Shown: piece by piece, positions 8,807 to 16,350 of the stretch | Position numbering within the stretch: the first letter of the stretch is position 1 | Layout of the letters: each line of letters opens with the position of its first letter | Assembly (NCBI GenBank): GCA_937875955.1 | Contig: CALFHE010000016.1 | Location: 15,712 to 79,711, forward strand | Reading direction: 5' to 3' | DNA from: an uncultured Candidatus Saccharibacteria bacterium | GTDB taxonomy: Bacteria > Patescibacteriota > Saccharimonadia > Saccharimonadales > Saccharimonadaceae | Length of the DNA stretch: 64,000 nt | Made by a program: the position numbers and the translations under genes | The notes under the pieces: model-generated | Told to the model about the DNA's origin: nothing | What the model saw: the letters and a program-made list of their open reading frames with translations, nothing else | Databases searched by the model: none

Positions 8807-11308
8807 ATGACTAAAGTTCCACGCTTACTTGACACATTCACACCAAATCATTACAACTTAACTCTCAATTTAACACGCGCCGAGGAAAAAGAATTTTCCG
8901 GCACAGTTATCATTTTTGGCGAGTCCACCAGCGAATCGATTTTACTACATTCCAAGGGTTTAACAATTCAATCAGCCACAATCGACAATCAGCCCGCCGA
9001 CGTTTCATTTGGTGAGTTTGACGAATTGAGATTATCCCAGCCGAACCTTGAAAACAGAAACCACACAATTCGCATCGATTTTTCTGGAACCATCACCGAC
9101 GCAATGCACGGTTTGTATCCTTGCTACTTCACTCACGACGGCGTTAAGAAACAGCTTTTCGCAACTCAATTTGAATCACACCACGCCCGCGAAGTTTTCC
9201 CTTGCGTTGACGAACCAGCCGCCAAAGCTGAATATGATTTGACGCTAATAACTCGCCCAGGGATAACAGTTTTGGGAAATATGCCCGTAAAAAGCGAAGA
9301 AGAAAATGGCGATTCTCTCACGACGACATTTGAAAAAACACCACGAATGAGCAGTTACCTTCTGGCTCTCGTCATCGGCGAATTACACAAAAAAACCGCC
9401 CGCACCAAATCTGGCGTCGAGGTCAACGTCTGGGCAACGCCAGCTCAGAATGAAAATACATTAGATTTTGCGTTAGACATCGCCACTCGTTCAATTGATT
9501 TTTATGACGAATATTTCGGCGTCAAATATCCATTGCCAAAATCCGACCACGTCGCTCTTCCCGACTTTTCGTCTGGCGCAATGGAAAACTGGGGATTAAT
9601 TACTTACCGCGAAAGCTGTTTGCTTGCGGACCCAGAATTGACCCCAGAATCATCCAGGCGCTTCATTGCCACAGTTATCGCGCACGAACTTAGCCATCAA
9701 TGGTTTGGCAATTTGGTTACCATGCAGTGGTGGAATGACTTGTGGCTCAACGAAAGCTTCGCCAATATGATGGAATATGTAGCAATTGACGCGCTCCAGC
9801 CGGATTGGCATATGTGGGAAGATTTTGCCACAAATGAAGTAACAGCCGCACTCAGGCGCGACAGCTTAGACGGCGTTCAATCAGTTCAAGCCGACGTCAA
9901 TCACCCAGATGAAATCAGCACTTTGTTCGACCCAGCAATCGTTTACGCCAAGGGTGGACGGCTGCTTGTTATGGTTAGAAAACTTATCGGCGAAGAGGCG
10001 TTTCGCGCTGGACTTAAATCATATTTTGAAAAATTCGCGTATAAAAACACCGTCGGAAATGATTTATGGCAAGAATTGGAGTCAGCGAGCGGTCAGCCAA
10101 TCGTCAATCTAATGAACACTTGGATTTCCCAACCCGGCCTTCCTGTCGTATCAGTTTCAAACAGTCACGACGCGGCGATTTTAAGTCAGGAACGATTCTT
10201 CATCGGCAAGCACCAACCATCTGACGCGTTATGGCCGATTCCGTTATTCGCAAACCAACCGCTTGACGTGAAAATCTTGAATCAAAAAGAAGCCACCATT
10301 TCTATTGAAAAACCATTGCAATTAAACTGCGGCTTAAGCGCCCACTTCGTCACCAAATATGACGAATCCACTCGCGAATATTTATTGAAAAACATTACAG
10401 AATTACCAACCTTGGATAAGATTTGCATCTTACAAGACGCAACAATACTCGCCCGCGCTGGATTTGAAAACTCGGCGTCACTACTTCCATTGACATTGTC
10501 GCTAAAAACCGAAACCAACGAAAAAGTCTTCGGTATGGCGGCTGGCACCTTGACGGAACTGCGAAAATTCGTCGATGACAATGACGCTGCCAGAGATTCA
10601 TTAAAGCGAATTTCTGGAGAATTTGCGCGCGCCACATTTGAAGAGCTTGGCTGGGATGAAAAAGATGGAGAATCGGATGACGACCGTGAACGGCGCACCA
10701 CGGCTTTGGGTTTGATGATGTATAGCGAAGATGAAGAAGTCTTGAACGAGGCAAAAACGCGTTTTGACAGCAACAAACTGGAAAACTTACCGACAGAAAT
10801 TCGAGCTTTAATCATCAGCGCAAACGTAAGGCATTTCGAGACGCCAGAGATGATTGAAAATCTCTTTGCCGCATATAAGAACACGCCGTCAAATGACTTG
10901 CAGAATTATATTGCAATTGGACTAACTTCTACCAAAAACCCCAAAACAGCAGAAAAAATTCTTGCCAACATTAAAGATTCCAATGTTATCCGCCCGCAAG
11001 ACGCCAGCCGTTGGTTTGTGTATTTGATTCGCACCAGAGAAAGCCGCCAGATTGCGTGGAATTGGCTGAAAGAAAACTGGGCGTGGGTCGAAGGTACGTT
11101 TGGCGAAGATAAAAGTTACGACGACTTCATTCGCTATGCCGCTACGGCGTTACTGACACCTAATGAGCTTGACGATTTCCGACAATTCTTTGAGCCGATG
11201 ATGGACATTCCAGCTCTCACCAGAACGATTAAGCTGGGAATTACCGAAATATCCGCGCGAGTTGAGCTGATTAAACGAGACAAAGAGGCGGTTATTTCCG
11301 CGTTGTAA
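8807..11308 (+). CDS. pepN: Aminopeptidase N (M1 family metallopeptidase)
   Basis: GAMENWG exopeptidase motif and HELSHQWFGNLVTMQWWNDLWLNESFA (HExxH-18-E). Confidence 0.9.
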   Translation: MTKVPRLLDTFTPNHYNLTLNLTRAEEKEFSGTVIIFGESTSESILLHSKGLTIQSATIDNQPADVSFGEFDELRLSQPNLENRNHTIRIDFSGTITDAMHGLYPCYFTHDGVKKQLFATQFESHHAREVFPCVDEPAAKAEYDLTLITRPGITVLGNMPVKSEEENGDSLTTTFEKTPRMSSYLLALVIGELHKKTARTKSGVEVNVWATPAQNENTLDFALDIATRSIDFYDEYFGVKYPLPKSDHVALPDFSSGAMENWGLITYRESCLLADPELTPESSRRFIATVIAHELSHQWFGNLVTMQWWNDLWLNESFANMMEYVAIDALQPDWHMWEDFATNEVTAALRRDSLDGVQSVQADVNHPDEISTLFDPAIVYAKGGRLLVMVRKLIGEEAFRAGLKSYFEKFAYKNTVGNDLWQELESASGQPIVNLMNTWISQPGLPVVSVSNSHDAAILSQERFFIGKHQPSDALWPIPLFANQPLDVKILNQKEATISIEKPLQLNCGLSAHFVTKYDESTREYLLKNITELPTLDKICILQDATILARAGFENSASLLPLTLSLKTETNEKVFGMAAGTLTELRKFVDDNDAARDSLKRISGEFARATFEELGWDEKDGESDDDRERRTTALGLMMYSEDEEVLNEAKTRFDSNKLENLPTEIRALIISANVRHFETPEMIENLFAAYKNTPSNDLQNYIAIGLTSTKNPKTAEKILANIKDSNVIRPQDASRWFVYLIRTRESRQIAWNWLKENWAWVEGTFGEDKSYDDFIRYAATALLTPNELDDFRQFFEPMMDIPALTRTIKLGITEISARVELIKRDKEAVISAL

Positions 11309-11336
11309 ATAATTTGGTCGCATTATTTTACGGTTT

Positions 11337-11378
11337 TTGACAAAATCTATTGACATTTTATTTTATTAGTGATATAAA
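11337..11378 (+). promoter_or_regulatory. Cassette A promoter (tandem TTGACA boxes, 17-nt spacer, TATAAA)
   Basis: TTGACA at 11337 and at 11350, a 17-nt spacer, and TATAAA at 11373-11378. The sequence is nearly identical to the promoter at 12197-12238. Confidence 0.65.
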
Positions 11379-11384
11379 TGAATA

Positions 11385-11578
11385 CAGCTTTCATTGACAA
11401 GTCGAGTAAATCCTTGTCCGAAAGCGCACCTTGACAAGTTGAGAGAGTTTATAAACCGGAGGTGAGATTTTGCGATATTTTAAGAAGTATCCCGAAACCT
11501 CATCTTCGGTCGCGCCATCCGGGCGTCGATCAGTGCTTCCAGCACGGGCGTTCGCCCAGATGAGGAGAGAGTTTGACC
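11385..11578 (+). promoter_or_regulatory. Cassette A structured 5' leader
   Basis: A composite stem-loop at the 5' end (GCTTTC/GAAAGC plus GACAAG/CTTGTC, 11387-11425), a second TTGACAAG copy at 11431, and CCTCATCT (11498) complementary to AGATGAGG (11558), which overlaps the SD. Confidence 0.5.
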
Positions 11579-11989
11579 ATGTCTATCATTACGAAAGATA
11601 TCGTTGAAGAACGTAAGACAGCCCTCGCCAGAAAGAATGAGGCGGAGAGGCAAGAAATAGAAATATTTCTTCGCCCCGACAACCTAGCGTCAATCGCTGC
11701 ACATCTCAGCCTTCTGGTCAGGAAATACTATCTTGATCATGGCAGGTACCCCGGCATCCAACTAGTCGATACTCCAACAGTTACATGGTCAGTTGTATGT
11801 AGCGAGGAATGCAAAATCAAACTGCTACAGAAGCTCAGGCAGGTTGACGATCGTATTCAAGACGTAAGTTTTGAATACGACGGCCGGGGAGGCTGGGTCC
11901 CCGACTGGCAGAAGAGCACACACACTCCGGGATCGGCTATCGTACATGTACGATTTGACATCCAAAGGCTAGATGTTCTAGATATCTAG
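11579..11989 (+). CDS. Cassette A orphan protein (136 aa, soluble, no recognised motif)
   Basis: ATG at 11579 is preceded by GAGGAGAGAG. Codon usage (GAG, AAG, CTG, AGG) differs from neighbouring core genes. Confidence 0.6.
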   Translation: MSIITKDIVEERKTALARKNEAERQEIEIFLRPDNLASIAAHLSLLVRKYYLDHGRYPGIQLVDTPTVTWSVVCSEECKIKLLQKLRQVDDRIQDVSFEYDGRGGWVPDWQKSTHTPGSAIVHVRFDIQRLDVLDI

Positions 11990-12102
11990 TCCCCTAAACG
12001 AACATGGCGAGTCTGTAGAGACTCCCAACTCTCTCACTTGTCATGTTCGCTCCATAGATGCGTGTCTATGCTGATGAGTCGAAAACGACGAAAGCGAACA
12101 AT

Positions 12103-12199
12103 TTATTCCAACACCACACACTCTTCAACTACAGGCAGATTTCCATCAACAGAAATCGCCAGCATTTGCATGTCGCAGCTTTCATATTGCGCATTTTTG
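12103..12199 (-). pseudogene. Relic copy of the last 31 codons plus stop of the rnhB-yraN gene
   Basis: It aligns to 12991-13087 and translates to KNAQYESCDMQMLAISVDGNLPVVEECVVLE*, versus the native KNAQYESCDMQMLAISVDGNPPVVEECVALD*. Most of the nucleotide differences are synonymous. Confidence 0.85.
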
Positions 12200-12238
12200 A
12201 CAAATTCTATTGACTTTTTTACACAAGTGTGGTATAAA
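12197..12238 (+). promoter_or_regulatory. Cassette B promoter (tandem TTGAC boxes, 17-nt spacer, TATAAA)
   Basis: TTGACA at 12197, TTGACT at 12210, a 17-nt spacer, and TATAAA at 12233-12238. Confidence 0.65.
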
Positions 12239-12244
12239 TTAATA

Positions 12245-12426
12245 CAGCTTTTGTTGACGAGTTGAGATTTAATCCTTGTCCGAAAGCGAACCTTGACAAG
12301 GTAGTCGTTGCGGGATGAGTTTCTATTTCTTTTTTTTTAAAATATCAAAAAGAGATAGGATCTCATCCTGCACTGAAGAAAAGTGCTTCACCACAGCCGA
12401 GTGGGGATGAGAAGAAAGAAAGAACA
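12245..12426 (+). promoter_or_regulatory. Cassette B structured 5' leader
   Basis: A 5' composite stem-loop at 12247-12287 homologous to that of cassette A, then a long hairpin at 12312-12369 (GGGATGAG...CTCATCC). A second GGGATGAG copy lies at 12404, near the start codon. Confidence 0.5.
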
Positions 12427-12870
12427 ATGGAACTCACAAAAGAGAACCTTGAACGCATGTACGCGAAAAACACGGAGGCAATCTCCGTGTACGCAAGCAT
12501 CCTGGAGGGTAAGGTATCCACGCTGAACGCCTATATTAATGGAATCAGCGATATCATGGGTGATTACCCTAACCTCCAGAAGACGCACATCCAGGAGGAT
12601 TCGGAGGCCCTTCGAGATCTACTGGACTCTATCTGCCATAATGGCCCGGAAGGGTCATTGGAGGCAGTACAAGGAAAGATTGACAAAATACTAGGCGCAG
12701 TCTCATCCATAGCGGAAGGGGAGTCGCCCGTGTCCGATTGGCCAGGATGCTACTGGAGCCAGTACAGTGGTTTTTTGCATGGCCTGAGAGAGCTCATCGC
12801 AACGGAGGTCCCCTTGTATCAGAAGAGCAACCTGGCTATCGCCAGAAAGCTTGCTGAGCTTGCGGATTGA
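12427..12870 (+). CDS. Cassette B orphan protein (147 aa, predicted helical, no recognised motif)
   Basis: A long ORF with GAG/AAG/CTG/ATC-rich codon usage, not similar to the cassette A protein. Confidence 0.6.
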   Translation: MELTKENLERMYAKNTEAISVYASILEGKVSTLNAYINGISDIMGDYPNLQKTHIQEDSEALRDLLDSICHNGPEGSLEAVQGKIDKILGAVSSIAEGESPVSDWPGCYWSQYSGFLHGLRELIATEVPLYQKSNLAIARKLAELAD

Positions 12871-12990
12871 TCCGCGCATGGAATGTGCGATGAAGCAGAC
12901 TGTTCTTCACCACGACTGCCTTGTCGTACATTCCCTATAATTAATACACTTAACGTTAAGGAGTCCTCATTTGGGGCTATTTTTTATACC

Positions 12991-13980
12991 CTAATCTAGT
13001 GCTACACACTCTTCAACTACGGGCGGATTTCCATCGACAGAAATTGCCAGCATTTGCATATCACAGCTTTCATACTGCGCATTTTTGGCAATGAACATTT
13101 CAGCAGCAAAACGCATTTGCTGCTGTTTTTTATTTGTAATCGCCGCCAAGCCATCGCCGAAATTGTCATTTTTACGATATTTGACCTCTGTAAAGTATAA
13201 AATATTATCTTTTTTACTAACAATATCAATTTCGCAATACCGCGTCCGCCAATTCCGCTCTATAATCTCATGACCATCAGCCACCAACCAATCCGCCGCC
13301 GCCTGTTCACCTTTGTCGCCAATTTGACGCGTCGTGTCTTTTTGCTGGTTTTTAAACTTTCCGTCGTCAGACGCATTCTGCGAGTTCATCTCAACATTAG
13401 CATATTTAGCCAACGGCGCAAAACTCAGCCGATGAAGTGGCGTTATGCCCAGATTATCAATAGCTGCCCGATGCTTCGCCACACCATAGCCAACGTGCGA
13501 AGAAAAATCATATCCCGGATAAACATTATCCTGCTCTGCCATGAATTTATCGCGAGCCACCTTAGCAATAATCGACGCCGCCGAAACGCTCGGAATCAGG
13601 CCGTCGGCTTTCGCTATAATTGTTACGTACTTTTCTAGCGGTGTGCCCGCCAAAAAATTGACCGTCCCATCGATAATAATCTCATCAAACGTCGAGCCGT
13701 TTTTCTGACATTTCGCTTGAATTTCTTTGACCGCGCGCCGCGTTGCCAGTTTAAGCGCCTCGCTCATCCCTATTTCATCCAGTTCCTCAGCAGAAACCCA
13801 GCCCAACGCCCAAGCCGACGCTTGCTCGCGAATTTCCTCATCAAGCGACTCACGTCGTTTTTTGGTCAATTTTTTACTATCATCAAGCCCCTCAATTTCA
13901 GCGCCACCCAAAACCACCGCGCCAATCACCAACGGCCCAGCCCACGCGCCGCGCCCGACTTCATCAATTCCCAGAATCAC
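12991..13980 (-). CDS. rnhB: Ribonuclease HII fused to a YraN/UPF0102 endonuclease-like domain
   Basis: N-terminus GIDEVGRGAWAGPLV (RNase HII). The C-terminal ~115 aa (ERNWRTRYCEIDIVS...FTEVKYR) match the YraN family pattern. Confidence 0.85.
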   Translation of the reverse strand: MILGIDEVGRGAWAGPLVIGAVVLGGAEIEGLDDSKKLTKKRRESLDEEIREQASAWALGWVSAEELDEIGMSEALKLATRRAVKEIQAKCQKNGSTFDEIIIDGTVNFLAGTPLEKYVTIIAKADGLIPSVSAASIIAKVARDKFMAEQDNVYPGYDFSSHVGYGVAKHRAAIDNLGITPLHRLSFAPLAKYANVEMNSQNASDDGKFKNQQKDTTRQIGDKGEQAAADWLVADGHEIIERNWRTRYCEIDIVSKKDNILYFTEVKYRKNDNFGDGLAAITNKKQQQMRFAAEMFIAKNAQYESCDMQMLAISVDGNPPVVEECVALD

Positions 13981-14461
13981 CCGACAATCTTCCCTTTTTC
14001 GTCATAAAATCAGCAATAATCCAGCCAATCCAAATTGTTGCCGCGCCTAATGTATTCGCCAAAATATCCCAATTCGTGTCGTCCAATTTTATGCTCGCCA
14101 AGCCCACCTTGACCATAAATAATTCCGCCAACTCATTAACACAACCCAGCGCCGAAACTAAAGCAAATACTAAAAACGCCGTCACCAGCCAATGCGCCCG
14201 CCATTTCATCGACGAAACCAAATACACCCAGAATAGCCCCGTAAATAGCCCACCGCCCACAAAGTGAGTCGTAAAACTAGTGTCCTGTCCGTCAATTAAC
14301 AGCGATGGCAAATACCAAGATATGAAAAACAACAAACACGCTACATAAAGTAGCCAGCGATATTTTTTCTCATTGTCAAAGCCGTTTCTTCTCAAAACGT
14401 AAGGCGTCGCCACAGCCAAAGTCGTCGGAACAAGGACGGATATATAATGAAATATTGCCAT
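13964..14461 (-). CDS. Polytopic membrane protein (unknown function)
   Basis: Four to five hydrophobic helices. It overlaps the rnhB start by 17 nt. Confidence 0.6.
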   Translation of the reverse strand: MAIFHYISVLVPTTLAVATPYVLRRNGFDNEKKYRWLLYVACLLFFISWYLPSLLIDGQDTSFTTHFVGGGLFTGLFWVYLVSSMKWRAHWLVTAFLVFALVSALGCVNELAELFMVKVGLASIKLDDTNWDILANTLGAATIWIGWIIADFMTKKGRLSGDSGN

Positions 14462-14480
14462 ATTGAGATTATAACATGAG

Positions 14481-14509
14481 AAAACCGCCTCAGATTAAGA
14501 GACGGTTTT
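14481..14509 (-). terminator. Intrinsic terminator downstream of rplS
   Basis: The minus-strand RNA AACCGUCUC-loop-GAGGCGGUU is followed by UUUUC. A G-U pair favours the minus-strand orientation. Confidence 0.6.
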
Positions 14510-14529
14510 AACGATTAACCAATTGACAA

Positions 14530-15051
14530 TTACGCGTCTTTGTGGCGAGCTGCAACTTCAGCAGCCTTAGCGTCAAGTTCAGCTTGAGCGGCATCTTTTT
14601 CAGCTTGTTTTGCAGCAGCAGCCTGAGCAGCTTCTTCCTTCAAGCGTTCAGCTTCCGCTTCTGCCTTAGCGTCATGAATGTCATTAACAGCAGCGCGATC
14701 GAAATTCTTAGCCGTCAAGCGAGCTGACTTACCGCTACGCTGGCGAAGGAAGCTCAAGAACTTGCGGCGAACCTTAGCGCGACGAACAATCTCAATCTTC
14801 TCAATCAGCGGACTGTGCATCAAAAATGACTTTTCAACGCCAACACCTGAAGCAATCTTTCGAACCGTAATGCGTGATGTGTGCGATTTTTTATTGTCGG
14901 TACGGATGACAACACCCTCGAACATCTGAATACGCTCTTTGTTGCCTTCCTTAATTTTCTGGTAAACGCGAACTGTGTCACCACTGCGAGCATCGACAAC
15001 TGCTTGCTTTTTTTGTGCTTGGTTGATTTTGTTGATTAACTCAAAACTCAT
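14530..15051 (-). CDS. rplS: 50S ribosomal protein L19 with Ala/Glu/Lys-rich C-terminal extension
   Basis: L19 core (VRVYQKIKEGNKERIQMFEGVVI) plus a low-complexity tail of about 55 aa. Confidence 0.9.
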   Translation of the reverse strand: MSFELINKINQAQKKQAVVDARSGDTVRVYQKIKEGNKERIQMFEGVVIRTDNKKSHTSRITVRKIASGVGVEKSFLMHSPLIEKIEIVRRAKVRRKFLSFLRQRSGKSARLTAKNFDRAAVNDIHDAKAEAEAERLKEEAAQAAAAKQAEKDAAQAELDAKAAEVAARHKDA

Positions 15052-15202
15052 AATTTTTCCTATCTTCCGAACTCGCTCCGACTGGCCACGCAGTTGTACC
15101 TCTGCGGCTCCACATCAAACAAGGCTCGAATATTTAACTCTCGTACAATTACATAAGATAATAACACAAATCTGAAGAAATATCAATTAAATAAAATTGG
15201 GG

Positions 15203-15208
15203 TATAAT
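15203..15208 (+). promoter_or_regulatory. -10 box placed 6 nt before the malic enzyme ATG; leaderless signature
   Basis: TGGGGTATAAT, then 6 nt, then ATG at 15215. Confidence 0.5.
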
Positions 15209-15214
15209 ATATTT

Positions 15215-16348
15215 ATGGATTACAATAAATTAGCACTCGAACTACACGAAAAATACAAAGGTAAAATTACGACTAGCCTCAGAGATAAAGAGGAGCTTAA
15301 TCGCGACAAGCTTAGCGCTTATTACAGCCCTGGTGTCGGCGCAGTCAGCCAAGCAATTGCCGAAAACCCAGCCGATTTACCAAAGTACACTTGGACGAAC
15401 AATTTAGTCGCCGTAATCTCAGACGGCTCAGCAATTTTGGGCTTAGGCAATTTGGGACCAAAAGCCGCCATGCCAGTTATGGAAGGAAAAGCTTTGCTAT
15501 TTAAGCATTTTGCCGATGTCGACGCAGTGCCAATTGTGTTAGACGTTCACGAGCCAGAAGAAATCATTGCCACCGTTAAAGCCATCGCGCCAAGCTTCGG
15601 CGCTATCAATCTAGAAGACATTGCCGCACCAAAATGTTTTGAGATTGAAGAGCGATTGAAGGCAGAATTAGATATTCCAGTCTTCCACGACGACCAACAC
15701 GGTACGGCTGTCGTTGTGTTGGCGGGCTTAATTAACGCCGCCAAATTGACAGGACGAAACCTGGCAGATTGCAAATTCGTAGTCATCGGCGCGGGCGCGG
15801 CTGGCACAGCAATCATCAAATTGTTAAATCTTTATGGAGCAAAAAACATCGTAGCGGTGGATAGCCGAGGAATTGTCGGAAAACCACGCACAGATTTGAA
15901 CGCTGAAAAAACCGCGCTATTGGAATACGTCGACGCATCGCAATCTGGCTCAATTGAAGACGCCATCACCGACGCAGACGTATTCATCGGCGTATCGCGC
16001 GCAGGACTCCTCACTCCAGAATTAGTCCAAAAAATGGCGAAAGATCCAATCGTATTCGCACTAGCAAATCCTGTTCCAGAGATTATGCCAGATGTCGCCA
16101 AACAAGCCGGCGTCGCAATCATCGGCACGGGTCGTAGCGACTTTCCAAACCAAGTCAACAACTCCCTGGCCTTCCCTGGAATTTTCCGCGGCGCATTAGA
16201 TCACGGAGTTAAGAAAATCACCGATCAGCACAAATTGGCGGCTGCTGAAGCATTGGCTAACCTAGTCGAAAATCCAACCGTCGATAAAGTCGTCCCAACC
16301 GCATTTGATGAAGGCGTTGTTGAAGCTGTTGCGAATGTCATTAGATAA
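15215..16348 (+). CDS. NAD(P)-dependent malic enzyme (short form)
   Basis: VISDGSAILGLGNLGPKAAMPVMEGKALLFK and GAGAAG Rossmann motifs. I preferred the ATG at 15215 over the upstream TTG. Confidence 0.85.
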   Translation: MDYNKLALELHEKYKGKITTSLRDKEELNRDKLSAYYSPGVGAVSQAIAENPADLPKYTWTNNLVAVISDGSAILGLGNLGPKAAMPVMEGKALLFKHFADVDAVPIVLDVHEPEEIIATVKAIAPSFGAINLEDIAAPKCFEIEERLKAELDIPVFHDDQHGTAVVVLAGLINAAKLTGRNLADCKFVVIGAGAAGTAIIKLLNLYGAKNIVAVDSRGIVGKPRTDLNAEKTALLEYVDASQSGSIEDAITDADVFIGVSRAGLLTPELVQKMAKDPIVFALANPVPEIMPDVAKQAGVAIIGTGRSDFPNQVNNSLAFPGIFRGALDHGVKKITDQHKLAAAEALANLVENPTVDKVVPTAFDEGVVEAVANVIR

Positions 16349-16350
16349 GC

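Noticed and set aside
12085-12100. CGAAAGCGAAC, the loop word of the cassette A/B leader hairpin, recurs just left of the yraN relic, possibly a fragment of a third leader
   Set aside because: Only 11-12 nt match, with no flanking similarity. That is too short to separate from chance.
12038-12265. 75-aa plus-strand ORF between cassettes A and B
   Set aside because: It runs antisense through the yraN relic and into the cassette B promoter, and it has no SD or promoter. The relic and promoter features explain the region better.
15052-15196. Possible structured leader upstream of rplS (an L19-leader-like autoregulatory element)
   Set aside because: Only short imperfect stems are visible (for example CCGCAG...CTGCG). 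I cannot match them to the known L19 leader, which is described in a different phylum, so the evidence is insufficient.
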